Positions 30,799 through 39,880 of a stretch of DNA of 64,000 nt are shown here, piece by piece. Position 1 is the first letter of the stretch; each line of letters opens with the position of its first letter. The position numbers and the translations under genes are program-made. This stretch comes from an uncultured Actinomycetes bacterium (GTDB lineage Bacteria; Actinomycetota; UBA4738; HRBIN12), in assembly GCA_963810635.1 (NCBI GenBank), contig CAWEOB010000003.1:44736-108735 (forward strand), given 5' to 3'. The notes under the pieces are model-generated. The model saw nothing but the letters and a program-made list of their open reading frames with translations, had not been told where the DNA came from and did no database searches.

Positions 30799-32388
30799 AT
30801 GCCTAGGCCAGGATTCGTCTTGGAGGTCGACGAACGGACGCCGTCACTGCTCGTCCACGAGGGCGAGGGGTACCGGTTGCAGCGGTTCCCCCTCGGGACC
30901 CGCGTCGTCTATCCACCCGATCCTCTGCCGGGGATCAAGGACCTCAACGCGCAGATCCGTCGTGCTCTGCTCGAGCCCATCGGCGATGCCGAACCCCTCC
31001 CGGAGCTCCTGTTCGCGGGGATGAAGCTCACGATCGCCGTGGACGACATCTCCATCCCGCTCCCACCCATGGTCACCCCGGACATCCGCCAGCGGATCCT
31101 GGAGCACGTGATCGAGCTGGCGGCGCAGAAGGGTGTCGACGACCTCGAGATCGTGGTGGCCACCGCGCTGCATCGTCGGATGACCGCCGACGAGATCCGC
31201 CGGATGGTGGGCGAGCGCGTGTATCGCTCCTTCTGGCCGAAGAGCCTCTACAACCTGGATGCGGAGGACGCGGACGCCATGACCGTCATGGGCCGGACGG
31301 ACCAGGGCGAGGTCGTCCAGATCCAGACGCGCGCCGCGGAGTCGGACCTGATCGTCTACGTCAACATCAACCTGGTGGCCATGGACGGTGGGCACAAATC
31401 CGTAGCTGTCGGACTCGCCGGGTACGAGAGTCTCAAGCACCACCACAACGTGAACACGATGCTGCACTCGAGGTCCTACATGGATCCGCGCGCAGGGCAT
31501 TCAGCGATCAACGACAGCGTCACGCGGATGGGACGGTTCCTCCGTGACAACGGCGTGAAGATCTTCCAGATCGAGACGACGATGAACAGCGAGACCTTCC
31601 CCTCCCAGATGTCCTTCCTCAACAAGCGGGAGTGGGAGTGGTCCGCCAAGGATCAGGCGTTGATGGTGGCCGCGAAGAAGGCCAACGACCTGGCACCGCC
31701 GAGGGTCCGCCGGGAGTTCTACCGTCGGATCGAAGCGCCGTACAAGGTGACCGGGATCAACGCGGGCGAGGTGGAGGCCGTGCACGAGCGCACGCTCGAG
31801 AACCTCCACCGTCAGCAGCTGGTCGAGGTCCAGGGTCAGTCCGACATCGCGATCTTCGGGCTGCCGTACCTCGGCCCGTACAACGTGAACTCGATCCTCA
31901 ACCCGATCCTGGTGCATTGCCTCGGGCTCGGGTACCTCTTCAACATGTACCGGAACAAGCCGCTGGTCCGCGAGGGCGGTGTCGCGATCCTGTATCACCC
32001 CGTGCCCTGGGAGTTCCACACGATCCACCACCCCAGCTACATCGACTTCTTCGAAGAGGTACTGGCGGACACGACCGATCCGAAGGAGATCGAGGCGAAG
32101 TACGAGGAGCGGTACGCAACGGACCCCTGGTACGTCCACCTCTACCGGACCTCGCACGCGTACCACGGCGTGCATCCCTTCTACATGTGGTACTGGGGAG
32201 CGCACGGCCGCGATCATTGCGGCGACGTGATCTTCGTGGGCGGCGAGCCGAAGAGCGTCAGCAGGCTCGGCTACCGTCGAGCGGATTCGCTCCGCGACGC
32301 TCTCGAGATGGCGAAGGACTCGGTCGGTTCGTCGCCGTCGATCACCTACTTCCACGCGCCGCCGATCATGATCGCGGACGTGCACTGA
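30799..32388 (+). CDS. LarA (lactate racemase)/DUF2088 domain protein
   Basis: AAGGAGA RBS; IAVDDIS, ATALHRRM, DGGHKS motifs; 529 aa. Confidence 0.8.
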   Translation: MPRPGFVLEVDERTPSLLVHEGEGYRLQRFPLGTRVVYPPDPLPGIKDLNAQIRRALLEPIGDAEPLPELLFAGMKLTIAVDDISIPLPPMVTPDIRQRILEHVIELAAQKGVDDLEIVVATALHRRMTADEIRRMVGERVYRSFWPKSLYNLDAEDADAMTVMGRTDQGEVVQIQTRAAESDLIVYVNINLVAMDGGHKSVAVGLAGYESLKHHHNVNTMLHSRSYMDPRAGHSAINDSVTRMGRFLRDNGVKIFQIETTMNSETFPSQMSFLNKREWEWSAKDQALMVAAKKANDLAPPRVRREFYRRIEAPYKVTGINAGEVEAVHERTLENLHRQQLVEVQGQSDIAIFGLPYLGPYNVNSILNPILVHCLGLGYLFNMYRNKPLVREGGVAILYHPVPWEFHTIHHPSYIDFFEEVLADTTDPKEIEAKYEERYATDPWYVHLYRTSHAYHGVHPFYMWYWGAHGRDHCGDVIFVGGEPKSVSRLGYRRADSLRDALEMAKDSVGSSPSITYFHAPPIMIADVH

Positions 32389-32396
32389 GGCCCGCC

Positions 32397-33308
32397 ATGT
32401 CGAAGGCACGCGACGAAGTCAAGGAGATGGCCCGGGGGTTCCGGTGGGGTCGGCGCCCGCTCGTGCCGCGCTCGGCCGAGCCGTTCGTGGAGGAGTCGTT
32501 CGACGAGGGGTTCCCCACCGACTGGGCCCGGAGCGAGGCCGGGGTCGCGGCCCGCCAGGCGATCCTCAACGGCGTCATGCAGCCCATCGTGCGCAACGAG
32601 CTCTCGCTCCGCGTCTACGGTCTCGACAACCTGAAGGGTGAGTCCGGGCCCGTGCTCTTCTTCTCGAACCACTCGAGCCACCTGGACGCCACGTTGATCC
32701 TCTGCACGCTTCCCGACCGCTGGCAGCGCAAGACCGCCGTCGGCGCGGCGCGCGACTACTTCTTCGATGTGTGGTGGCGGCAGGCTTTCACCGCGCTCGT
32801 GTACGGCGCGTTCCCGATCGATCGGGGCAGGGGAGGGACGGGCGCCATCGACAAGGCCCGAGCCCTCGTGCAGGAGGGGTGGTCGATCGTCGTGTTCCCG
32901 GAGGGGACGAGGTCGCCCGACGGGCACCTGCAGCGCTTCCGGCACGGGACGTCCCGCCTCGCGCTCGAGCTCGGCGTGCCGTTGGTGCCCATCGCGATCG
33001 TCGGTGCCTACCAGGCCATGCCGAAGGGCAAATGGTGGCCGCGCCCGGGTCGGCCCGTGGTCACGATGCGCTACGGGCCGCCGATCCACGCCGAGGAGGG
33101 TGAGACGCATCAGTCCCTCTCGCTGCGGATGCAGCACGCGGTCGCGCGGATGTTCGATGAGGACCGGACCACCTGGTGGGAGTCCTTGCAGCGGGCCGAG
33201 CGGGGCGAGACGCCCTCCTTGGCGGGGCCGCCCGGGCCCTCATGGCGCCGGACATGGGAGGGCATGCGGCCGGTGGCGCGCCGCGGCGAACCGAAGGCCT
33301 GGGAGTAG
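32397..33308 (+). CDS. PlsC-like lysophospholipid acyltransferase
   Basis: NHSSHLD, FPIDR, FPEGTRS, LVPIAI motifs. Confidence 0.9.
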   Translation: MSKARDEVKEMARGFRWGRRPLVPRSAEPFVEESFDEGFPTDWARSEAGVAARQAILNGVMQPIVRNELSLRVYGLDNLKGESGPVLFFSNHSSHLDATLILCTLPDRWQRKTAVGAARDYFFDVWWRQAFTALVYGAFPIDRGRGGTGAIDKARALVQEGWSIVVFPEGTRSPDGHLQRFRHGTSRLALELGVPLVPIAIVGAYQAMPKGKWWPRPGRPVVTMRYGPPIHAEEGETHQSLSLRMQHAVARMFDEDRTTWWESLQRAERGETPSLAGPPGPSWRRTWEGMRPVARRGEPKAWE

Positions 33309-33316
33309 GAGGGGCG

Positions 33317-33928
33317 ATGCCGCGGACCGGCGGCGAGCAGCGTCGAAGCACGATCGTGGAGGAGGCGATCCGCGCGTTCGGTCGCGAGGGCTACCAGGGT
33401 GCATCGCTGGACACCATCGCCCAGGCCGTCGGGGTGCGGAAGCAGACGCTGCTCTACTACTACCCCACGAAGGACGATCTCCTCGAGGCTTGCCTCGCCG
33501 CCGCGGGCCAGCGCGTGGCGGAGGAGATCGCGACGGCGCTCGAAGGTCCCGCCGAGGCGGGTGAACGAGCCGAACGCGTGATCAGGGCGGTCTACGCGCT
33601 CGCGGAGGAGTGGCCGGAGTTCCCGATGTTCATCCGCGAGGCCGGCCGTCTCGGCCCGGACGCGTTCCACCGGTTCGCGGGCTCCCTCGACCCCCTCCGC
33701 GACCGGGCGATCGAGTTCCTCCAGGCGGGGATGGACGCGGGTCAGATCCGCAAGCAGGACCCCGCCCTGTTGCTCTTCACGCTCTACACGGCCGTGATCG
33801 GCTCGCTCACCGAGGCGAGCGTGCTGTCGTCGTTCGTGGGAGCGGATGACGCCCGAACGTCGCTGCGTCGCCGCGAGGAGGAGGTCGTGGCGTTCGTGCG
33901 CGCGGCACTTCGGCCGCCGGACGACTGA
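33317..33928 (+). CDS. TetR/AcrR family regulator
   Basis: GYQGASLDTIAQAVGVRKQTLLYYYPTKDDL HTH. Confidence 0.93.
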   Translation: MPRTGGEQRRSTIVEEAIRAFGREGYQGASLDTIAQAVGVRKQTLLYYYPTKDDLLEACLAAAGQRVAEEIATALEGPAEAGERAERVIRAVYALAEEWPEFPMFIREAGRLGPDAFHRFAGSLDPLRDRAIEFLQAGMDAGQIRKQDPALLLFTLYTAVIGSLTEASVLSSFVGADDARTSLRRREEEVVAFVRAALRPPDD

Positions 33929-33934
33929 CGTCGG

Positions 33935-34537
33935 CTACGAGTAGAACTCGACGATCATCCGCTCTTCCACGGGGACCGGGAGCGGGATCTCGTCGCGTTC
34001 GGGGTACCGGGAGAGCGTGCCCGATCCCTCGTCCTTGTTCCGGTAGAGGTACGGGGGCGGGTCGGCCGTGATCTCGAGCGCCTCGCGGACCGGCACGAAG
34101 TTCCGTGCCTTGTCGGACAGGGTGATGGCCTGACCGGGCTTCACCTGGGCGCTCGGGATGTCGATCCGGCGACCATCGAGCGACACGTGTCCGTGCGACA
34201 CGAGCTGCCGGGCCTGGCTCGTGGTGAGGGCGAAACCGAGGCGGAGGCAGACCGTGTCGAGCCGCGTCTCCAGTTGGCGGATCATCTCCTCGCCGGTCAC
34301 CCCGAGCTGGCGGTTGGCGTTCTCGTAGTAGCGACGCATCTGCTTCTCGTTCACGCCGTAGATGGCGCGGAGCTTCTGCTTCTCGAGCAGCCGCGTTTGG
34401 TACTCGGAGATGCGCTTGCGCCCGCGGCCGTGCTGGCCGGGCGGGTAGGGTCGCTTCTCAGCCGGGCAGTTGGGTCGCCCGCAGAGCGGGGCGCCGACGC
34501 GCCGACAGGTCCGGTGTTTGGGGCCGTTCTTCTGCAT
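33935..34537 (-). CDS. rpsD: 30S ribosomal protein S4
   Basis: PYPPGQHG, SEYQTRLLEKQKL, LETRLD, ARQLVSHGH, IVEFYS. Confidence 0.97.
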   Translation of the reverse strand: MQKNGPKHRTCRRVGAPLCGRPNCPAEKRPYPPGQHGRGRKRISEYQTRLLEKQKLRAIYGVNEKQMRRYYENANRQLGVTGEEMIRQLETRLDTVCLRLGFALTTSQARQLVSHGHVSLDGRRIDIPSAQVKPGQAITLSDKARNFVPVREALEITADPPPYLYRNKDEGSGTLSRYPERDEIPLPVPVEERMIVEFYS

Positions 34538-34598
34538 ACGAGGGCCCAGGCTACCAGACGTTCCAAGGCTGTGACCTGCGGAGATGCGCGCCGGCGGC

Positions 34599-34922
34599 TC
34601 AGATGCAATCGCCGGGACGGATCTCGGGGCGAGCGATGATCGCTGCGATGGACAGCACGATGGCGAACGGGATCAAGATCACCATCGCGATCGTCACGCC
34701 GCGTCGGGGACGATCGGGGAGGCATCGTGCGAAGCCGAAGCCGAAGGCCAAGACGCTGAGCGCCAGGGTGGGGGCGGCCCACGCGCTCACGCCACGGCAT
34801 GCCTCCGCGTCGGGGGCGAGGAAGCGGGTCGAGATGCCGAGGATGACCCCGACGACCATGAGCGCGATGCCCAGGACGTCCATGCGGAAGCCGGACTCGG
34901 GACCGGCGGGGCGGTCGCTCAC
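34599..34922 (-). CDS. Small hypothetical membrane protein (about 3 TM)
   Basis: Three hydrophobic segments; fills the gap between rpsD and the next gene; start uncertain. Confidence 0.55.
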   Translation of the reverse strand: MSDRPAGPESGFRMDVLGIALMVVGVILGISTRFLAPDAEACRGVSAWAAPTLALSVLAFGFGFARCLPDRPRRGVTIAMVILIPFAIVLSIAAIIARPEIRPGDCI

Positions 34923-34940
34923 GGTCGCTAGCATGCGGGC

Positions 34941-35846
34941 GTGAGCGACCCGAGGCAACGAGCGATCGGCTCGATCCTCGGGTTGGCGATCGGCGATGCG
35001 CTCGGAGCCCCGTTCGAGTTCCGCCGTGCCCGCGACGTCCCCGATCCGGTCCCCGCCTTCGAGCTGCCGTGGATGGGACGGCCGCCGGGCTCGTGGACCG
35101 ACGACACGGCGATGGCCCGGAACCTGTGGCGGTCGCTCATCGAGCACGGAGGCGAGCTCGTGCTGGCCGACGTGCTCGATCGCCACCTGGCGTGGCTGGC
35201 AACGGGGCCGCCCGACGTGGGGAACCAGACCCGGGCGGCGCTGGCCGAGGCGGCGCGCGGCACCGCCGAGCCGGCCCGCGCGGTCTTCGACCGGCGCGGT
35301 CCGGAGGTGAGCGCCGGGAACGGATCCGTGATGTACTGCGCGCCGCTCGGGGTGGCGCGCGCACGTGCACCCGACCGGCTCCACGTCGAGGCCCCTGCCC
35401 TCTCACAGCTCACCCACTGGGACGAGCGCTGCCGGACGGCCTGCCTGGCGGTGACCCTCGCGGCCGCGGCGCTCGTTCGGGGTGAGGCCCCGCGCGACGC
35501 GGTGATCGCGTCCGTGTCCGCATGCGGAGGGCTCGCCGGCGCCGAGGAGCTCGAGTACCTGGTGGATCACGCCGGCCGGGAGCGCTCGATCGACGGACCT
35601 GAGATGGGGTTCACGCTCTTCGCGGCCGGGATCGCCCTCCAGGTCGTCGGTGAGGAGCGAGGGTTCGAGGACGGTCTGCGCGCCGTCGTGGCGCTGGGCG
35701 GGGACACGGACACCAACGGCGCCGTGGCGGGTGCATTGCTGGGCGCGTGCCACGGCGCCGCCGTGATCCCCTCTGTGTGGCTCGACCGACTCGCCGACGG
35801 CCACGGGATCGTCGACGAGGCCGACGCCGTCGCGGATCTCGCTTGA
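34941..35846 (+). CDS. ADP-ribosylglycohydrolase (DraG family)
   Basis: GDALG, WTDDT, GNGSVM, GGDTDT. Confidence 0.92.
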   Translation: MSDPRQRAIGSILGLAIGDALGAPFEFRRARDVPDPVPAFELPWMGRPPGSWTDDTAMARNLWRSLIEHGGELVLADVLDRHLAWLATGPPDVGNQTRAALAEAARGTAEPARAVFDRRGPEVSAGNGSVMYCAPLGVARARAPDRLHVEAPALSQLTHWDERCRTACLAVTLAAAALVRGEAPRDAVIASVSACGGLAGAEELEYLVDHAGRERSIDGPEMGFTLFAAGIALQVVGEERGFEDGLRAVVALGGDTDTNGAVAGALLGACHGAAVIPSVWLDRLADGHGIVDEADAVADLA

Positions 35847-35850
35847 GGAG

Positions 35851-36072
35851 CTAGCGCTCGTCGATCGGCAGCGTCGAGACGTACTCGTCGTCGAGGCGGG
35901 TGACCAGCCCCACCGCGACCAGGTCCATGAGGACGGCCTGCACGGTCGCGACCGGGAGCGCGAGCGCGCCCGCCAGCTGATCCGCGGTGAAGCCGGCTTC
36001 CGGTTGTCGATCGAACGTGCGACGGACCAAGGAACGTGCTTCGGCGTCGGTCGTGGGGAGGTCGGTTGGCAT
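35851..36072 (-). CDS. Small winged-helix/HTH-like protein
   Basis: TADQLAGALALPVATVQAVLMDLVAVGLV pattern. Confidence 0.55.
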   Translation of the reverse strand: MPTDLPTTDAEARSLVRRTFDRQPEAGFTADQLAGALALPVATVQAVLMDLVAVGLVTRLDDEYVSTLPIDER

Positions 36073-36281
36073 CTGCACCTGCTTTCCGGAAGGAGGTTCG
36101 GCCCGACGGCGGTCGCCCGACGAGCCTCGTGCGTGACGACCTGCCGGCGCTAGGGGCCCGCCGCATCGTTCGCCATCCGTTCCCGGAAGATCCTCCGGCC
36201 GGACGCCGTGGCGGCATCTGTAACGTGGTGGCTCGTCCGATGCACGGAGCGCAGGGGAGCGACCAGGAGGAGCGAGCGGCG

Positions 36282-37505
36282 ATGCCCGAGGAGAACGTCG
36301 ATCCGATCGATCTGTACGGAGCCAGCTGGTGCCCCGACTGCCGGCGCGCGAAGAGGTTCCTCGCGGATCAGCGCGTGCACTACCTCTGGCACGACATCGA
36401 CGGTCGCGACGATCTCCAGCAGCTGGTGGAGGACCGCAACGACGGCAAGCGGATCATCCCGACGATCGTGTTCCCGGACGGCTCGCACCTGTCCGAGCCG
36501 ACGAACGAAGAGCTCGCGGAGAAGCTGGGCCTCGCGCGCATGGCGAGCATGCACGTGTACGACCTGGTCATCGTGGGGGGCGGACCGGCGGGCCTGACCA
36601 CCGCCATCTACGCGGCGCGCGAGAACCTCGACACGCTCGTGATCGACTCGAAGGGGCTGGGCGGCCAGGCGGGCGTCACCGAGCGGTTGGACAACTACCC
36701 CGGGTTCCCGGATGGGATCGGCGGCGCGGAGCTCGCGGAACGATTCGTGAAACAGGCGCAACGCTACGGGGTCGAGATGCTCCAGGCGGTCTCCGTGACC
36801 GGGTTCGCGCCGGACGACGAAGGGCTCGACATCGCGACCGCCACCGGCGACCACTACCACGCGAGGGCGGTCGTCCTCGCAACCGGGTCGTCGTATCGGA
36901 GGACCGGCGCCGACGGTGAGGACGACCTGATCGGTGGCGGCATCCATTTCTGCGCCACCTGCGACGGGCCGTTCTACAAGGGCTCCCAGGAGCTCATGGT
37001 GATCGGGGGCGGGAACTCGGGTCTCGAGGAGGGCCTGTTCCTGACCCAGTTCACGGATCTCGTGACGGTGGTGGAGTCCGGGGAAGAGCTGCGCGGGTCG
37101 AAGCTGCTGCAGGACAAGGTCCGCAACCATCCGAAGATGCGGATCGAGCTCGGCCATGCCGTGAAGGCGTTCCGCGCGAAGGACGACGGGAGCTCCAAGC
37201 TCGGCACCGTGGTGATCGAAGACCGGCAGACGGGTGAGCCGGAGGAGCACCACCCGGCAGCCGTCTTCGTGTTCGTGGGCCTCGATCCCACGACCGCGTT
37301 CCTCGACGGTGTCGTTGAGCTGGACGAGCGACGGTTCATCCGGACCGACGCCACCTTCATGACGAGCATGCCGGGCGTGTTCGCGGCAGGTGACGTCCGC
37401 GCGGGCTCCACGAAGCAGTTGGCGAGCGCGGTGGGCGAGGGTGCTGCGGTCGCGATCCAGATCCGTGGCTACCTCGAGCGGACCGGAGCGGAGGAGCATC
37501 AGTGA
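36282..37505 (+). CDS. Glutaredoxin/mycoredoxin-like domain fused to thioredoxin reductase
   Basis: WCPDC and IPT in the first ~85 aa; GGGPAG, NYPGF, CATCDG, GGGNSG, FAAGD; AGGAGG RBS. Confidence 0.9.
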   Translation: MPEENVDPIDLYGASWCPDCRRAKRFLADQRVHYLWHDIDGRDDLQQLVEDRNDGKRIIPTIVFPDGSHLSEPTNEELAEKLGLARMASMHVYDLVIVGGGPAGLTTAIYAARENLDTLVIDSKGLGGQAGVTERLDNYPGFPDGIGGAELAERFVKQAQRYGVEMLQAVSVTGFAPDDEGLDIATATGDHYHARAVVLATGSSYRRTGADGEDDLIGGGIHFCATCDGPFYKGSQELMVIGGGNSGLEEGLFLTQFTDLVTVVESGEELRGSKLLQDKVRNHPKMRIELGHAVKAFRAKDDGSSKLGTVVIEDRQTGEPEEHHPAAVFVFVGLDPTTAFLDGVVELDERRFIRTDATFMTSMPGVFAAGDVRAGSTKQLASAVGEGAAVAIQIRGYLERTGAEEHQ

Positions 37506-37750
37506 TGGAACCTCAGGAGATCTTCGAACTGATCGTGAAGGCGGACGAGAAGCTGAAGTACGCCACGCCGGCCCGGGGCGACCAGCGCGCGAAGCAAGCC
37601 GCCGATCTGCTCGACGAGGCGATACGAGAAGCCGAGGCCATCGGCAACGACGCCCTCGTCCAGCAGGCGAAGGTGCGCCTGGCGGATCTCGACGCGCTCC
37701 TGTCCGGCGGGTCGCCGGAAGGTCCGTCGCGACCCGCTCCCGGGTCCTAG
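37505..37750 (+). CDS. Small helical hypothetical protein
   Basis: GGAGG RBS; overlaps the reductase stop; high-GC codon pattern. Confidence 0.6.
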   Translation: MEPQEIFELIVKADEKLKYATPARGDQRAKQAADLLDEAIREAEAIGNDALVQQAKVRLADLDALLSGGSPEGPSRPAPGS

Positions 37751-38016
37751 GTTCGTTGCTCGGCTGCTCCGGCGCCCCGCCATCCGCGGAACGCCTCGAG
37801 CACCGTTGCTCGCTGGGTGTCCGTGAGCTGCGCCTCGGTCAGCATCCCCGTCATCCGGATCGTGTCGCGGAACTCCTCGAGCACGATGCGGCATCCATCG
37901 CAGCTAGCAACGTGCGACTCGACCGAGCGCCGGAGATCGCTCGGGAGCGCGTCGTCGAGGTAGGCGCTGATCAGCTCCACGATCTCGCGGCAGGTGAGGC
38001 CATCCGGTTCGCTCAT
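37747..38016 (-). CDS. Zinc-finger (zf-HC2/ZAS) anti-sigma factor, soluble
   Basis: C...YLD...HVASCDGC motif downstream of an ECF sigma. Confidence 0.9.
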   Translation of the reverse strand: MSEPDGLTCREIVELISAYLDDALPSDLRRSVESHVASCDGCRIVLEEFRDTIRMTGMLTEAQLTDTQRATVLEAFRGWRGAGAAEQRT

Positions 38017-38041
38017 GCCCGTTCCCTCACGCCCAGCTCCC

Positions 38042-38704
38042 TCAAGCCCGGCTCACCGCTCGGAAGTGCTCTTCGAGGGCCGCCCGCACCTTCGCGCGAG
38101 CCCGGTGCAGCAGCACCCTCTGATTGGTCATCGTCAGCCCCAGAGCGTTACGGACCTCTTCCGACGACCATCCGGCGACGTCGCGCAGCCGCAGCACCTC
38201 GGCCTGCATGGGCGGGAGGACGTCGATGGCCTCGCCGATCGCGCGGAGCGTCTCGGCCTCGGTGGCGCGCGTCTCCGGGATCCCCCGCCAGTCGAACGGG
38301 AGCGTGGACCAGTGCCCGGACGACTCTGCCTCCGGTCCCAGGAACGACGAGGGGTCCCACGACGGCTGATCCAGGTCGTCGCCCGCGAGGGAGGAGAACG
38401 GCACGCTCCGGCCCTCGCGTTGACCCCGGGTCTTCGCGATGTTCACGAGGATCCGGAAGATCCAGGTGCGGAGGGAGGCTCGGCCCTCGAACCCGTCGAG
38501 ACCCTGGAGGACCCCGAGCCAGGCATCCTGGACGACCTCGTCGGCCACAGCATCGGTGGACACGTACATGCGGGCCACCCGGCGCATCGAAGGCTCCAAG
38601 CTCTCGACGAGCTCCATGAAGGCGGCCTCGTCGCCGGCGCGGAGCCGCGAGACGAGGACTCGGTCGCGGTGCGAGCTTTCCGAGGGCGCACGTCGGTCTT
38701 CCAC
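38042..38704 (-). CDS. ECF RNA polymerase sigma factor
   Basis: EVVQDAW, FEGRASLRTWIFRI, NQRVLLHRAR; TAGGCT 7 nt upstream. Confidence 0.93.
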   Translation of the reverse strand: MEDRRAPSESSHRDRVLVSRLRAGDEAAFMELVESLEPSMRRVARMYVSTDAVADEVVQDAWLGVLQGLDGFEGRASLRTWIFRILVNIAKTRGQREGRSVPFSSLAGDDLDQPSWDPSSFLGPEAESSGHWSTLPFDWRGIPETRATEAETLRAIGEAIDVLPPMQAEVLRLRDVAGWSSEEVRNALGLTMTNQRVLLHRARAKVRAALEEHFRAVSRA

Positions 38705-38773
38705 CGACGCGAGCCTACCGGGGCCGCTGGAGGCGGGAGGTGCGCTGATGGTGATGGCGCGGATCGAGGAACG

Positions 38774-39856
38774 TCAGGCGACGCGGACCGCGCCCCAGGG
38801 CTCGTCGTAGCCGTACATGGAGCTGACCTGCACCGCGCCGCTCGGGCTCGGGTTCCGAGCATGAACGATCTGGCCACCGCCGATGTAGAGCGCCACGTGG
38901 GGTCCGAAGTTGCCGTAGTAGATGATGTCGCCGACGACGACCTGCGAGAGCGGGATGTGGGGGAGCGACGTCCACTGTCCCACGGCGGAGTGTGAGATCG
39001 AGACACCCGCCTGCGACCACGCCCAGGCCGTGAGCCCGGAGCAGTCGAAGCCGACGTTGGGATCGGACGACCCCCACACGTACTGGGTGCCGAGGACCGA
39101 CAGCGCGGCCTGCTTCGCGATCTCACCACCGGAGAGGTTCGGGTCCGGGACGAAGCCGTCCCACCCACCCCCGTCGTCGGAGCCACCGGTCTGGCCGTCG
39201 TTCGCGTCGGCCTCGTTCTCGGCCGCCGCCGCCGCGGTGGCCGCAGCGCGCTGGGCATCCAGGTAGTCCTGGTAGTCAGCGTTCAGCTGCTGGTACAGGG
39301 CCGCCTGTTCATCGAGCATGCCCTCGATGTTGGAGCGCTCCTTGCGCATCTGCGCCACGAACTGCTTGGCCTCGCCGACCGCCGCCGCGTAATCGTTCGC
39401 CGCCCATTCGGCACGCTGACCGGCCGTGTCGGCCGCGGCAGCGAGCTCGGCGTCGGACTGGGCGATCGCGCCCATGAACTCGAGCTGGTCGGAGAACTCC
39501 GAGAAGTTGTCGGCGCCGAGGAGACCGTCGATCTGGTTGCCCATCGCTGTGTACGCCGCCACGGCCCGCTCGGAGAGCCGTGTGCGCGCGGCCGCCGCAT
39601 CTCGTTCGGCGGCGGCCTTCTCGGCCTTCGCCATCGTGAGCTTGCCCTGGGTCTTCAGGAGCTTGAGCTCGGCGTCGTTGTACCGCTCGATCGCCTGTTC
39701 GAGCTCGTGGTTCAGCTGGCTCAGACGCGCCTTGGCGGTGGCGACCTGCTGCTCGGTGGGAGCGGCGTTGGCGGTGACGAGGGACAGGACGACGGTGGGG
39801 ATGACGATGAGGGCGGCTACTGCGAGCCGCGTAGTCCTCGTGGGGCCGCTACGCAT
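38774..39856 (-). CDS. Secreted coiled-coil NlpC/P60 peptidoglycan endopeptidase
   Basis: GGAGG RBS, signal peptide, coiled coil, YVWG, FDCSGL, HVALYIG. Confidence 0.92.
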   Translation of the reverse strand: MRSGPTRTTRLAVAALIVIPTVVLSLVTANAAPTEQQVATAKARLSQLNHELEQAIERYNDAELKLLKTQGKLTMAKAEKAAAERDAAAARTRLSERAVAAYTAMGNQIDGLLGADNFSEFSDQLEFMGAIAQSDAELAAAADTAGQRAEWAANDYAAAVGEAKQFVAQMRKERSNIEGMLDEQAALYQQLNADYQDYLDAQRAAATAAAAAENEADANDGQTGGSDDGGGWDGFVPDPNLSGGEIAKQAALSVLGTQYVWGSSDPNVGFDCSGLTAWAWSQAGVSISHSAVGQWTSLPHIPLSQVVVGDIIYYGNFGPHVALYIGGGQIVHARNPSPSGAVQVSSMYGYDEPWGAVRVA

Positions 39857-39880
39857 CGTCCTCCGCATGGTCTGGATAGG

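Noticed and set aside
29719-32388. 889-aa dehydrogenase-LarA fusion in the ORF track
   Set aside because: The dehydrogenase C-terminus continues in another frame to a stop at 30781, and the LarA-like gene has its own RBS and ATG at 30799
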